A stretch of DNA of 64,000 nucleotides, from assembly GCA_002633005.1 (NCBI GenBank), contig NMRA01000243.1, positions 1-64,000 on the forward strand. Direction: 5' to 3'. The notes under the pieces are model-generated. The model saw nothing but the letters and a program-made list of their open reading frames with translations, was not told the origin of the DNA and made no database searches. Each line of letters starts with the position of its first letter. Positions within the stretch are counted from its first letter, which is position 1. The DNA is from Phoronis australis. Its lineage: Eukaryota > Animalia > Phoronida. Below, one piece after another: positions 12,372-25,859 of this stretch. A program made the position numbers and the translations under genes.

Positions 12372-14468
12372 CTGAAAATGGTAACAAATATGTGGCTTTC
12401 GAATAATGTAAAAGGGTATTTTTGTTCTCAATCTATTGAAAATTATATTGTAGGACTCTCTACATAGAGTAAGGCAGATAAACGCCTGCGATAGTGAAAA
12501 TATACAAAGATAAATTCCTAACATACCACCAGGGCACATATTGAGAAAAATGCGTATGGTTAAATCTTTTCAAATATACCATTACAAAATTTCATTCGGT
12601 AAGCGGTTCCCGTTATGGTACAGCGTTGAGATCAGTGTCCCTGGAATTAGCGATCATAATGGGTCACAGTGCTCAAGCGCTTAATCCGCGCAGCAACGAT
12701 ATCCGGGTGTACCCGGTATATTCATCTTGACTTTTGGTCCCACACTGGGCAATAGTCACATTTTGAGAATCATTTTGATTCCTGCTATTCATTGCGGGAC
12801 CCCACGCTGGAAGTGACTTATATTGCCATTTACTTTTCAAAGTATTTTATTACTCGAATGTTTCACATGGCGCACACGCCTAAATTTCACTTATAGGCGC
12901 AAGTGGTTATTACATACACAGGTGCATGCCATTTGCTGTATGCTATTCATATATTTTGCCCATTTTAAATATTTTTAAGTTGAACCCATCAACATCTAAG
13001 AAATGTTTTACACACTTAAGGTTACCTCAAACCTTATTTAGTGGCTTCCATGCTAACTCGAATACACAAAAACCAGGCTTTTTCAACTAGTAAAAGTAAA
13101 TATTTTCTGAAAGAAAAAAGATCAAGAATTATAACAATATATTTTATTATTATATTGACACCTTTTTAAGTCAAAATTTCATTTTAGGAAAGGAACATTC
13201 ATAGCAAAATAATCTCTCGTTCGATTTTAATGAAACCTTTTTAAATGAAAACTTCACTAGTTACCTCCAAAACTTTGTTAGGAATGTTCGGTTAGTCTCT
13301 TAGTTTGGTTTCTATGACAAAACAACTCGCAAAACGTAAGGTATTTTTTGTAGAAAATAGCAGCCGTATTCGTCTTTATTACCTTACGCAAACACTAGGT
13401 CTTTATATAGAAGATACTAACAGCGTTATTGAGACTGATGAATAAATATTTAGTTTGGAATGTTTCAGCGAAATCCACGTAGCTGTTTTTGAGAACTCGT
13501 GATCCTAAATCAAAATTAAGTCGATTTGCCAAAGCCGTGAAAAAGCCGATTAAGTAGTGAGCGGTTAAAGTCTCAAGGTCTTCAGTTAATTATTCGGTGA
13601 CAACTTGTTATCAGTCAATATAACCTATACATGCCTTAACCATGTTCGCTACATCAACATTCACATGAAGTGTCAACTGAATTTGCGCTTATGATTATCT
13701 TACTTATCGTTAAAACGTTAATTCTTTTTACCGTCTCCAGCCGAGAGGTGGATCAACTGTTGACCTACTTAAAATTAAGTCAACAGTTCATCGTTATATA
13801 CACGCTGCGCCGGGAGACTGATACGGAACCAAGTAAGAAATGGATAACAGAAATCGAGATCGAAACAGCAAAATGTCAAATTACCTATCGAATTAAGGAA
13901 TTTGGGTGAGGATTTATCTCTTTTCACATCTTGCTGTGTTCGTGTTCACTAATTCACAAAGACGTGAAGCGACTTGGAGCATCCGTTCTCAACTGTCGTA
14001 AGCATGCAGACGCACAACTCCCTCAGGATCAAAACTACTTTACCCGCCATTGTTCTATCATTTGGTCACCTCGTTGACTCAATATTATGGCGACTCGGTG
14101 AATGAAAGGACTGAGGGTACATACGAAGCTGCTCTGTACCTGGCGGGAAATTCTATTTGAGTGACAGCCTTTGACTTCGGATAAGTAGTAAACAAATTTC
14201 CAATCAGTTGTGCGGTTCCAATGTGGTTCTGCCAAATCTGTTTTTCTTGATAAACGGTATATATTTCGTATTTGAAGGTCCCCGAGAATGAAGATAAGTT
14301 TTTTTTTGCTAGATATATGTGAAATATTGTAAAAATGGACAATTTTTGTAAATAAGGTTTGAGATATCCTTAATATTTTAGAAAGTTGCTCCTTGCTTTT
14401 ATTCAAGCGTTTCCCATTCTGATAATAACGTTGGGCTTAGAAATTGATTCTAAGTTGCATTTCTTTAC

Positions 14469-14602
14469 CTGGCTAATGATACCATCGCTTGCCATCCGTC
14501 TCCACAGTGTATCTAAATGGCGAAAGAAATTGATTCGATGCGGAGTGCCACTGTAGTGTCCATCAGAGTCTGTGGCTAGTGCCTCCAGAACAAAGCGTCC
14601 TC
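14469..14602 (-). CDS. SABATH methyltransferase exon
   Basis: ttgtag|(G)GRFVLEALATDSDGHYSG...LDTLWRRMASDGIISQ|gtaaag. Confidence 0.88.
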
Positions 14603-15052
14603 CTACAATTGCGGGAAAATAAGGTCTTAGTCAGAGATTCGTAACACCAACATCGTCAGTGCGATTTCGAAAATTGAATACAAACGAGTAGAAACTGGTT
14701 AAAGCGTTGTAAACTCCAATGGAACATCGCGTCGAGGCGTCGTGATTTGAGCAATTTTTGTGACCAAAATGACCGTTTTCCCATCTCAGACGTTCTGGGA
14801 ACACGTTTGGTGTTATGCAACACCGTCCACGCTCTGCCGGTTTCCGCCACTCGCTTTTTTGCCGTTTTGTTGAGAACTACCATTGTGACGTGACAGGATC
14901 CACCTCTTTCGGCTACTTCGTAGTTGAAATTTGAGCGACACGCGAGTGCATTGGAAAAACAGCACACACACTTTTCATTTCAGAGCCAAATCCAAGACCA
15001 CTGGGAGTACAATAAATTATTTTGAATTTTATTTTTTAAAAGCTCAGAATAC

Positions 15053-15183
15053 CTGGTTTCATTTCACTTGCTCTTTTAAGAAGCAGATTTTCCCAATCCT
15101 TGGCTGCTTGTGCCTTGAAAAGTTCCTCCTCCTCTGGTATGGTAATCAGTTTGGAGTGAATCGCCCCAGTAATCTTACAAGGC
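15053..15183 (-). CDS. SABATH methyltransferase exon
   Basis: cgaag|(L)PCKITGAIHSKL...FKAQAAKDWENLLLKRASEMKP-G|gtattc; Q...DW..(F/L)L..RA.E..PGG is a family hallmark. Confidence 0.9.
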
Positions 15184-15467
15184 CTTCGAAAATAGCAAAC
15201 AGAATTAAAAATGGGACCGAGTGAGTGACAGCAATCTGACGAGATTAATGTGCGTTCCTGCTAATAGTAATCAGAAATCAGTTCACGAATCCCTGCGAAA
15301 AAAACAAAGCATCCACTGTGCGTGCGCCGCACAGAAATCTGAAAAACGAGCAAAGATCCATGAGTTTAGGAACAGCAGCGTGTTCCCAACTGAACCTGCT
15401 GAACAAATCTCGACAAACTATCAACAGGAATCGTAATGCCAACTTAGAACAATCTCAATATAAACCT

Positions 15468-16214
15468 AAGGCTCTTAGACGTCCCTGCCCGTGTGCGGCT
15501 CGGGCCCGCCCGCGAACAAAAGTCTTCCTCGCGAACGCATATTCCCCCTTTTCGACCACTTTTCGCGTCTCGCGGACATATATCTTTGCTCGCGCACAGA
15601 CCAACTCTGCTCCCAGACATTATTTCATGCTCCACGCGTCGATCGAGCTGTTGGTCTATTTTCGTGTTAACCTCTCATGGTTGCTGTTTCATGTGATTTC
15701 AATATCGTAAAATCAAATAAATTTCTCTCACTACATACTCTGAATGTTTTCCAGTTTATCAAATGTCATGGCAAATATTATCGATACTTTACCAATATTG
15801 TTGAGTACAAAGCGTTTTCAATGTCATTTTCACAGTTTTCTTTTCTACACAACTGTCAACACGTGAACATCCAATTTGTTTTGCTTGAATTTTAAAACTT
15901 CAAGGCAGTAGCTGTGAAGTAATTCTGAAATGAATAATCGAAAATTGGCGGGTGTGCACTTATAAGTAGACGTTTAGTTGATTTGTGGCTTTAGACTTTG
16001 TGCCAGCTTGTGCAAAATTGCCCGAGAGAGGGCGTGCGAGGGTATACCATTCCTTTTGCGGACAAGGAATAATGTGCGGGAGCAGGGTTGGTCAGTGCGC
16101 CAGCAAAAAATGGTCCGGGAACCTGCGTCCGCGAGTGGGGACAAGACTGCGCGAGAATGGAATTTTACGCGCGTTTGCACAAGCCGCACGTGGGCAGGCA
16201 AGTCCAAGTGTCTT
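15468..16214. mobile_element. MITE-like element with long imperfect TIRs in a methyltransferase intron
   Basis: 15468-15625 (aaggctcttagacgtccctgcccgtgtgcggct...ctgctccc) is an imperfect reverse complement of 16068-16214. Confidence 0.55.
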
Positions 16215-16430
16215 GGAATAGAGATTTGCATAATCCAAATCCTCAGGCGAGTGTCCACTAATAAAATAACATTTAACTGAAACAGTATATTCTACAAAAC
16301 TACGGCGTCTAAAATTGAAACGCCGCGCCTAATACTCTCTTGATCGGCTTTCCACCTCAGCCTGGTTTCCATGTCTCCCGTGGCTACCAAGTCGATGCAG
16401 TCTCTCTCTCACAAGCAGATTGGTACTCAC

Positions 16431-16578
16431 AACTCGTTCAAGTAGTGCATTGATAATGTTGAGAATCCCAGGTTGACAGTATTTGGAGGGACGCACTTGC
16501 TGAAAAAACCCGTGGGACTGATAAGGACGTACAGGTTTTCCACGTCACCAAAGCCCGGATCACCTCCTGGAAGCAGCC
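16431..16578 (-). CDS. SABATH methyltransferase exon
   Basis: ctctag|(G)LLPGGDPGFGDVENLYVLISPTGFFSKCVPPNTVNLGFSTLSMHYLNE-L|gtgagt; equivalent to the GSFY..LFP..S.....S..ALHWLS motif. Confidence 0.88.
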
Positions 16579-17776
16579 CTAGAGAGAGGCGGAATCAAAA
16601 ACTCATTATTATTTTGCGTTGAGCTCAACTACTCTTCGTTTTTGCCTTTTCAAAAACTCTTAACTCTTATATAGCAAGGTTAAGCCCTCGAGCGCGTTCC
16701 GTGGACCCACGACACCCACGAGTGAAGCTTGTGGGATCATGTGCTTTGCTAATAATGCATAGCGATGTCTCGTGAAGGTTTGCGTTATCTCGCTTTTCTC
16801 GTAAGAATCTTGATCTACACAGATCACACATACACGCCCGTCGTTGACCAGGCGATGACGAGACGGCGCCCTCTTTGGTGACAGTGCAAGCTCACACTCT
16901 CCAGGCTCAACGGTAGCACAGGTGGCGCTAGTCGTGGTTGGCAAGCCTACGGAGGTACTCATGTTTGAGAATCTGCTATATCTCAGTAATCGACATCAGC
17001 CTTGTGAAACTTGATACCAGACAAGAATTTTTGAGAAAATGACCTTCACGGTGTTTTTAGGGATGAAAAGTTAATACAGTTGGGTCTTCAATTTTAAAAA
17101 CAGGTGAATTATTATCGTACTGGAGTATGTTAGCAAAATGACGAAACTGAAGTGATCGTTCGGGGAGATCGGAATGTTGAATTATATGGGAAAGAATTCA
17201 CTGGTTCCGTTTCGTCGAAAATTTCTTGCTACAAGAAATTCCTGAGCGTCTTGGGTCTGGATTTTAAGCATAACAGGTTTATGTTAGAAGTCTCCTGATG
17301 AGGTTGGATTTAAAGCACATCAACCGCGGGCCCACCAACAACCATCGTTTTATAACAAACAAGTGAAGCTTGGCTAACATGCTAGTGGTCAAGTCTGTGT
17401 CGCTCAAGTGTTTCGCTAATAATGTGCTTAATTCAAAATATAGGTCCAGTGTTACATATAGGCGCATGTTCCAACATAAACGCATACATGGTAACACGGC
17501 GATACATCGACATGTTTATAGAATCTTTAAAATATTACTTCACGCGAGGGCCTCTATAAGCTTGCTCAATGGAAATCAAGGACTTGGTTCCCTAAGTTGC
17601 TACTAACTTTAAGGAAGCACCGACAAACTTCAGGTATTGGCAAAAACGCAGGATATAAAAAATCTAATTTTCAAAAGGCAACGCCTTACATCTTCAAAGC
17701 TCTGGCCTTCAAGCACACTTAAGTAATTCCCTCCATTTCCAGCTAGTCCACTAATTCCTTTGTGCAGGACTACATG

Positions 17777-18353
17777 CTCGCTGGTTCCCTGCGTGCCGCG
17801 AGATGGTAGCCAGTACGCAGGCAGTAGCACTCGCTTTATCATTGGTTGGTGTAACCTCGACAGTCATTGGTTAGCTTTACAACAAAGTGAGAAAATGGCG
17901 GACTATGAACTATTTTAGCCTTGTCATGTAGCATAGCAGCAACTATTTCGTTTCTGCAGTAATGTTTAATAGCCGCGTACTTGAAGCACATAAATGTACA
18001 ATAAATACGCCGTCATCTGGCCGATTTAACCGGTGTGTTATTCATAGTGTATGCATACAGGACAGCAACGCAAACAAAAGTCAGCGACAGTAGAAAGATG
18101 CACTCTGAAAAGGTGCAACCACAATTTTCTAGGATTCACATTTCTTGACCATGAATTTTAAGCACAGACTTTGTCTGTACAACAGACCACATTTTTACAC
18201 TTCCTCCATCGGTCATGCCAGTTTGCGTAAAGCGCTGCCTGTTGAGAATTCGACCAGCCAATCAGATACACCGGTGTATAAAAATTTCTCGAGGAAAATT
18301 AAGTGACACCTGCGTGCTGGCTACCATCTAGCGGCACGCAGGGAACCAGCGAG
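17777..18353. mobile_element. MITE with ~45-bp TIRs
   Basis: ctcgctggttccctgcgtgccgcgagatggtagccagtacgcagg (17777-17821) versus reverse complement at 18309-18353, 2 mismatches. Confidence 0.7.
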
Positions 18354-19874
18354 GACTTCACGTCGCTTTCCAAGCCTGCTCATTGGACTATTGTTATCAC
18401 GTCCCTTTAACTTAGCCAGCTCTTGGCTGACGATTGTCACGTGTTATGTGGTATTCTCTTTCTTTGTAATCTCGTGTTTCAAGTCAACTTCTTTGTTACG
18501 GCCACACTGATGTGAGTTCTAAAACTTAATACATTTTCCCCACGCAATACCATTCCCCATTTCGTCATTTTCTCGTACCTCCACGTGGCCGGCGCTTTTT
18601 TGCCCACCTTACCAGAGATTAGAATTTTTCATTTTCCTTATTTTGTGTTCACTGTCAACTTGTAATTTTGACCTTAAATCACCTACCTCGTCTCCTTTTC
18701 ATCTCTTGTAACGAGCTTGTGACGTACGTATCATTTATATATTATTCGGGACATACGTCGATCATAAACAGGTTTCTCGCCACCACACTAGCCGCTCTCG
18801 TTTTGAAATCAAAACAATTGCACAGACATACAAAAAAGCCTTGATCTAACGGGTCGTGTTCGATGGATGTGAAAGACTACTTAAAAGAATAAACTCTGGC
18901 CAAAATCCGTCTCCAATACTCGCCGTTGTAGGGCAGCCATTCGCTCAAATCAAGGCGGGTGCCAGGTATTAAATATACTTAAAATACATCGAATGGAGTT
19001 TTTACTCTGCTACCAAACTGTTGAACTGAGACTGCTGAGGTTCACAGTCTCATTCCGCGTTCTAAATTTCAAACAATTTTCTTCAAACGTATCTTTTGAA
19101 ATGAAACTATCGCACAAGTCAAAGGGAACAAGAATCCTTACAAATGAGTTACACTAAAAATGACGTTTCTGCAAAAGAACCAAAATAGCAGTAATGCAAA
19201 TTTTTATTCAGTGAAAATTCAGAATGCAATTTAATCTAACTAATAATACCCTATTAACACAAACGTAGCGGTAGAGAATTCTTATGAATAGTTCCGACAA
19301 ACGAAGTAAGACCACCTTTACTACAGTTAAGTTTGCGAAGTCCAACAAACGCAAAACAACTATTGCGTAAGTTTTCCTGAAAGCGTGCGACAACAATTAC
19401 AGTAAATAAGCAGATGTCTGTGTTCCCTGTGATATCTCACTGAAATGGCCTTGGCCGTTACAAGCAGGAGTGTACCAACGATCCCAAGTCAGGAACAAGT
19501 GGCCGCATATGGGTACAGTGAAGACTAAGAAATGATTGCAATCTGCAATCGGCCCTGATGCCAGAATTTTCAGCTGGATGTTAGACACCTTTCTGTAACT
19601 GGGAAATTCTCCTCAGGGTTGAGCGATTGATTTCACGTGTTGCAATGTGGACCCATCAACGACATCTGTTGAGAAATTTACCATGTTTTCTTCATAATTA
19701 TTTCGTGATTACCTGCATTGAGAAGTCACTTTGAATTTTGGGAAGTTAATATATACCTACTTATTTTATTTATTTATGTATTTTAATACTTAAAATGAGG
19801 GTGGACTCGTCAGTGATAGCACTGCTTTCCAAGAAAGCGCTCAAAATATGAGTTACGGAGAAACACATACATAC

Positions 19875-19973
19875 CGTGAACCCTTCGAATTAGCGACTTG
19901 AAGTCGTTGAACGGCAAGTCCTCGTAAATCAGTTGGATCGGTATGCTTTCGCTGTGCTTTCTTCTTATCCACC
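19875..19973 (-). CDS. SABATH methyltransferase exon
   Basis: gtacag|(G)WIRRKHSESIPIQLIYEDLPFNDFKSLIRRVH-G|gtatgt; DLP.NDF..L is the diagnostic SABATH SAM-binding motif. Confidence 0.92.
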
Positions 19974-22688
19974 CTGTACAAAATGGAAATATTAGTAGAA
20001 CACATGAGCTTTGCAGTTGTACCCACTGACAGTCTTGGAGTCAGAGATCCAAGACCAACTGAAGCTTTGCGGTGCTCTAAGCCATAAGACGGTCGGTGAA
20101 AATGAGTAATGTACGATAACAGGACGATTAAACTCGAACAAAATTTGGACTTGGAACTAAACATGCGCACGTGCTAAACCGTCTAAGACCGCCTTTCATA
20201 CCCAAACAGACTTTTTATTTAGACCACTTTCCGTTAGGAAGTTGTCCTAAAATCGGATTTGAGGGTTTGAATAGAACTGACAAGTCGCTGTTGCTTAAAG
20301 ATGCTATGTCTCATTAAATGTTTAATGTGCCAATGAAGTACTGGTTTAAAAACAACCCCTGGTCTTCCGGTAAGCCGGTAACCATCCGAGAACCAGTTAC
20401 CATTACAATCTCGCGAAATTCTCGTTTTGCGAGACTGTTTTTTATGTAAATGAGTATGGTGACACGTCATAGTTACCCTAATAAAACAAGGCATAGTTTT
20501 TATATTTGTTCATTTCACTGTCAAATAACGATTGCAGAATATTTGGAATTCTTGGGGTTTTCTACATGTTCACATTTGTTTTTACTTGTATCAGTCGAGG
20601 TGTTTTCTTTAAAACACATTTTATTTACAAATTGTTTTTTGCAAGATCATACTGGTACACTCAGTTCTCTAGGAAGTCACAAGATGGCGCTTGCTACAAG
20701 TTTAAATATTCACGCTTTTAATGAGACATAGCATGTTTAAGATCATGTTCTACAATTTAGTTTGTCACGGAGTGTCACTTATTGCGCCGAGTATGGTATG
20801 ATTAAGCCACTGTCAGTTATTTGCAAACCAGCCTCATCTCCACGCCTCAAGATGGCGCTGATTTGCTTAGCCATTTGAGGCTAGAAATCACAACTCATGG
20901 GAGTGAAGAACATGGCGAGACTAGTTTTCTACCGGTAAGTGGTCTAGAGAAAAAGCTCGCTTTGACGGAATAGCCGGAGTTTAAACGCTGTTAAGTTGCT
21001 CTTATTTAACGCTCGCTTCACTCTAAAATTGCTGACCACAAACCCAATTTCGCGACCAAACCCCAAGGAGGGCACACACATTGACCAAGTGCCCGCAGGC
21101 GCAAAAGGGAGTGAAGCAGAAAAAACTACCCTGCAAAAGGGGGTGGAAATTAGCAGATCTGGCACCCGCACTCGGGTTCTCTCAGCAATTTTTGGTATAT
21201 TTCTGCGCACATCTTTTTAATATGAGTGACCCTGGGTCAAAAATCCAATTAGACTCAGTACTTGGTCGCGATAGACCGGGAAATTTTAAAGTGAAAATTA
21301 CTTCACGACTGAAGATGGATAAGGTTGAGACCAAATTTATAGCGATGACTGACATAAGTCGAAAGTTCACTTCTTCGATGGACGCGGTTCTATTCGGATG
21401 TTAAGTGATGACTTCTCTGCCACCGTATTATGACGCAGTTTGGACCCACATGAAGGAATAAAATTACAGGTCTTGTATTTTTTCCAATTCAGGTATCCAA
21501 GGGGGCAATTCAGCACTTGGAGTTTTTACTAAATTAGGTGCTTGGATTAACCCGTGTGCTCTAACAATGTTTGGACCCATTATACCCTCCCGGGGAGTCA
21601 AGAAGGATTACGATTGATCGTTTCATAGCCAGGCACGCGCAATAATTTTTGAAGTACTTTGGTCATTTACAGCGCTACGTAAATTTGGCCAAATTATTAT
21701 GCATGCTTTTAGTTTTCGTATTTTAATTCTATATGGCCGAGTCCAAAACGTCAAAAAGGTGTGATACTTAAAAAAAGCTTTAATTTTAATATTAAGAAAA
21801 AAAGATAATTAAACTGTCAAGTTGGACTTATGTGTCTCAACATCCAGCTGGTATTACAAGATAACCTGCCATCGAACTGAAGTGGTCAAATTGTATAAGT
21901 GCTGACCCCTGTTGACTTTCCGTACTGTCCGAATTTTTACTCATGGACTTTCTGACTGTCAAGTTCTTAACACCAACAAATTAAATGTTCACTTTTAGTG
22001 AAGAAAACGTCGGGACTGATTGTATAAGGTTTAGTGGTCTAATCATTTTTCGGACGAATAAAAAATAAAAATACAGTGTTCCCACGGACAAAAAGAAACA
22101 TGAGCCACCACGCCTCTGTCAAAAAGCAAGTTTTGATTTTGACCATTTAATAATTGCTATAAAATCGGCTTCATCTTGCTATCGGCAAGCGGCGAAAACA
22201 GTAACTTGTCACAATTAAGGGATTTAGACGCCCCCGTCGTTTATTGAAAGTCTCCAACTGCGACCTAATGCTATGAGTGCCTGTCATGTTGATGTCGCAA
22301 AACATGTTTAATTGTACTATGAAAAAGATCCAGTGTTACATTTCCGACAAAGGGGGCCATTTCCAGACGTTTATAAATAAGAGCCTTGAGGAAGAAGGCC
22401 CACCGGACACTGCTCAAATCATTTTCATGTGCCTAGTCCGCGGTAAGAGTAGACATTTTCTGGTCTCATTTTGTATGGAAATCAGAATATTTAGAACAGT
22501 ATTGAGTTCACAAAAATATAAGACGGTATCTACTTTTGTAATCACCAATAGTCTCGCCCGCAACAGCCGAGTTTTTTGCCTAAGTGAGCAGACAAAAGAG
22601 ATTGGCTCTTTTCTTTGGTAAACTAAACACTTCATATCGGGTGGTAACTTGCAAGACCCAGTCTTTCTGATGTTGGTAAAATTCAAAC

Positions 22689-22784
22689 CTATTATTTCCC
22701 TGATGTTATCCATTGAAGTTAATCCGTCCGCTGCAGCGTAGTCGCATATTGTAAACGTAGTCTTGCCGTCGATGGTCATTTCCT
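22689..22784 (-). CDS. SABATH methyltransferase exon (motif I)
   Basis: tttcag|(E)EMTIDGKTTFTICDYAAADGLTSMDNIREII-G|gtttga; FTI.D....G..S motif I. Confidence 0.88.
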
Positions 22785-24012
22785 CTGAAAAATATTTAGG
22801 TAATTTTTAAAGCTATTTCGCTCAAAAACAATTGCCAAAGTGTTCAACAACGTGCTTATTTTCAAAGGCTGAAACCTCATCCAGTGATAACCAGACTTTA
22901 ACCAGCGACGCGTTCCATAAATGCAAGACATTCGCGATGCACTTGATGCGACGAGAAATCTTCGCTTATGGAAAAGAATCAGTAAACTATATATATAATT
23001 CAATGTTCCAACTTAGTGACCTATCACTTCAGTGGCCGCAATTTTGTTAGTGAGTTTTCGTTAGTTTTGTGTGTCTCTGGAACGGAACCCCAGTCAACAC
23101 CTTATTGCAGTACTTAGCGCGCGAAGTTGAACTCGATTTCTTTTAAATTTTCCATTCGCCATTCTGGTAACCCAACGTACGGGTTTGTTATTCTGCGCTA
23201 AAATGCATTGTAGTTTAGGTGGACGATGTGTCGACTCAACATTCGTGCCAACTGACTGATATTGGAGTACACGACATCACTGATCAGACCACGATGTCTT
23301 ATTGGTCGAAAAAAATGGGGCGGTACTTCTCCATTCGTTGCCATTCACTAAGTGTTGCAGGCATCTAAAAGTGCCATAGGTTGCTCTTTAGCTTATAAAA
23401 AGCTTGCTTAGACTCTGCCAGGCGTTTAGGGGCTTTAACGTCAGTACCACACTTATGCTCAATATACCAAGACTCAGGTTTTTAACCTTTTGGTTTGATC
23501 ACGTTGGAAAAATTCTTCAGCGAAATCAAGGATAATTTTCCAACGTGATCAAACCAGAAGGTTCAAAAAACCGTCTGAGTCTCAACAGATTGGACATACA
23601 TGTAAGACACGTCATTTACATTTTGACTGGCCACTGTAACCCAGCCGACACAGACACATCACTGGGCATGATATGGAGAGATCAGTGTGCCCAGAGTGTG
23701 GTACTGACGTTGAAAGACAAAGCATTGTGAGGACATCTGGTGGATATGTAGAAGTAGCTGAAGACCTAACGCATGCAATTACCAATAACTCATTAATATT
23801 GACTCTGAACATAGAAATTTGAAGGAAACATGTATGTTTTATTTCGCGTCTAATCGGTCAAAATGGTTGACACCAGCCGAATGATATTAACAAATGCATG
23901 AAGACAGTATAAGCAAATATTAGAAGTGTTGGTCGTGCCTTATGCGCACGTCCGAAGATGTTGTCACTTTTGAATATACAGATAAGATAAGACTAAACAT
24001 AAGTTATATTAC

Positions 24013-24142
24013 CCAATGTTTGAAGCAATTTTGGCTTCAACAGCTTAGCGATGGTGTGGCTCAAAAGGAGGTCGGTATCTTTGAATCCTTCGCCTTCCTC
24101 CACGAATGGCTTGTAACAGACCGGATCTCCGGCAAGTGGTGC
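24013..24142 (-). CDS. SABATH methyltransferase N-terminal exon (not the ATG exon)
   Basis: ttatcaag|APLAGDPVCYKPFVEEGEGFKDTD...KLLQTL-E|gtaata; phase matches the next exon; in-frame TAG and no ATG upstream of the acceptor. Confidence 0.7.
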
Positions 24143-24393
24143 CTTGATAAAATAGAATAGATAAATTATATTTGGCTACGACTCAGTTAAATATCTTTTG
24201 AATCATGGGAGAAAATTTCCACAATGCATGATTTTCAGACACCTTTTGAGAAGCCATTTTGAGGCCGGCTATTCACTGATCCACAAGGGGTATTAAAGCC
24301 GAGATGAGCCTTTTATTAAGCTTACACGATCCCACTGAGTCATTTGTACACTAAGAGCAGGATTCACCAGCAACTACCTTTACTAACCTTACA

Positions 24394-25320
24394 CACGGCT
24401 GAGAAACAACATGACCGCCGGACCCAAAAATTCCTCTAAATCCGACCGACTCACCACAAAACAGGATCTACGGGGATCAAATATGACCGCTGGAATAGAA
24501 AATGGAACTGACGCACCTAAAAACATGACCGCCCTAGCACAAACCAGCACCGCCGAAGATTGAACATGACCGTCTTGGATTGAAACTTGACCGCCCCTTC
24601 ACTCATTTGTGATGACATGTAAACAACTGAAAGGTCAATATTCAAAATTACTAACCTAAAACCAACCGTGATGCACACTTTTGAGGTAAAAGATGTAATT
24701 TTTATCACAGCGTTAGTTTTAGAACAAAATTAAACTTATTTTTTCCAATTTGACGTTTTAGTCGAAGGATAACTGGTTCTCGGTAAAGGCTATCGTCATA
24801 ACTAGCCTAGGCACAAAGCTGTATACTAAATATACAGTTTTGCGCCGATGTGGGTAAAAACTAAATATTTCAAATAGAATCTGACACAAAATTAATGTCA
24901 TTAAAAACCACACTCTTCCCTGAGTAAACTAATTATTTACCGGTGTTGGAAAAATTGGCGTTTTACCGTTAGACTGTTAAAATTGTGGTGCGATCTTTTG
25001 CGACGGCTTCCGGCGCCATGAAATATTACATCACCTCTTGTTACTCTACAACAGAAACAGCTCAGACCACACCAAGTGTTAGCAAACAAAAAAGAAATTT
25101 TGCAAAGATGAGAGAAAAGAAAAATTCTAGTGAACAGCGTGTGAAATGAGTGCATCTGAACCGGGGGAAGACTTTTTGGCTAGAGGAACTGAGTGATTGG
25201 TGGGTGTTGGGCCTGAGTATTGACCAGTTTCTGTTTTCCCCGATTCTTAAATCAAACTGTTCTTCTCTTCCACGAGGTTGCGTACAGGTCACAACAAATT
25301 ATCGGAACTGGTTTCATTTC
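24394..25320 (+). mobile_element. Partial copy of the Transib-like family at 43402-45470
   Basis: cacggctgagaaacaacatgaccgcc start; internal blocks 24720-24960 and ~25260-25310 match 43880-44280. Confidence 0.65.
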
Positions 25321-25859
25321 GTTACAAGTTTTTAGTTTTTTTTAACACCAGAAAACGAATTTCTGAGCGATTGCTGCGAAGTTGTCATCATCTTCCGAGA
25401 GATGTCCCAAATTTTAGGAAATGGCGCGTAGGTGTGTGTTGAGCGTGAGAGACTTTTCTTTTTTACAAAAGGCACAGACTTATGCAGGAAAATGACGTTC
25501 ATGAGATTGTTTTTTTACTTAAACGGCTGCAACGGGCAAGGTGAGTGTCGTTTGACTTCCGGGTTTTTCATGCACCCCGCCAGCTGATCTACATGTTGAT
25601 TTAAGTTTCACGAGGGGACGAGCAGAACGGCTGTGTGACATTTCGGGGTGTATCTCAACGGAGCTCAACATAGCCAGCCAGCTAGCTGTCTGAAGACTAT
25701 CGTCAAAATACAGCTAGGTACCACTGTGTGTTCAGCGCCGACAGACCTCGTTTCCAATTCGGAACATTAAATTGCTTATTATTTATAATGACTTATTCTT
25801 ATTAAAATGACATAGGCAAGAAAATTAATTCCAGGCCTCAAAAGTGAGAGCTCCTATGC

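Larger units (their letters stand above)
11424..24142 (-). other. Gene span: SABATH-family (Methyltransf_7) SAM-dependent methyltransferase, 8 coding exons found, ATG exon missing
   Basis: Eight phase-compatible GT-AG exons (130+96+99+148+131+134+175+224 = 1137 nt) splice to an open 378-aa frame plus stop. Confidence 0.88.

Noticed and set aside
17130-17230. SDLP/ND-like text initially considered as the missing methyltransferase exon
   Set aside because: Contains stops and a frameshift; the true exon was found at 19875-19973
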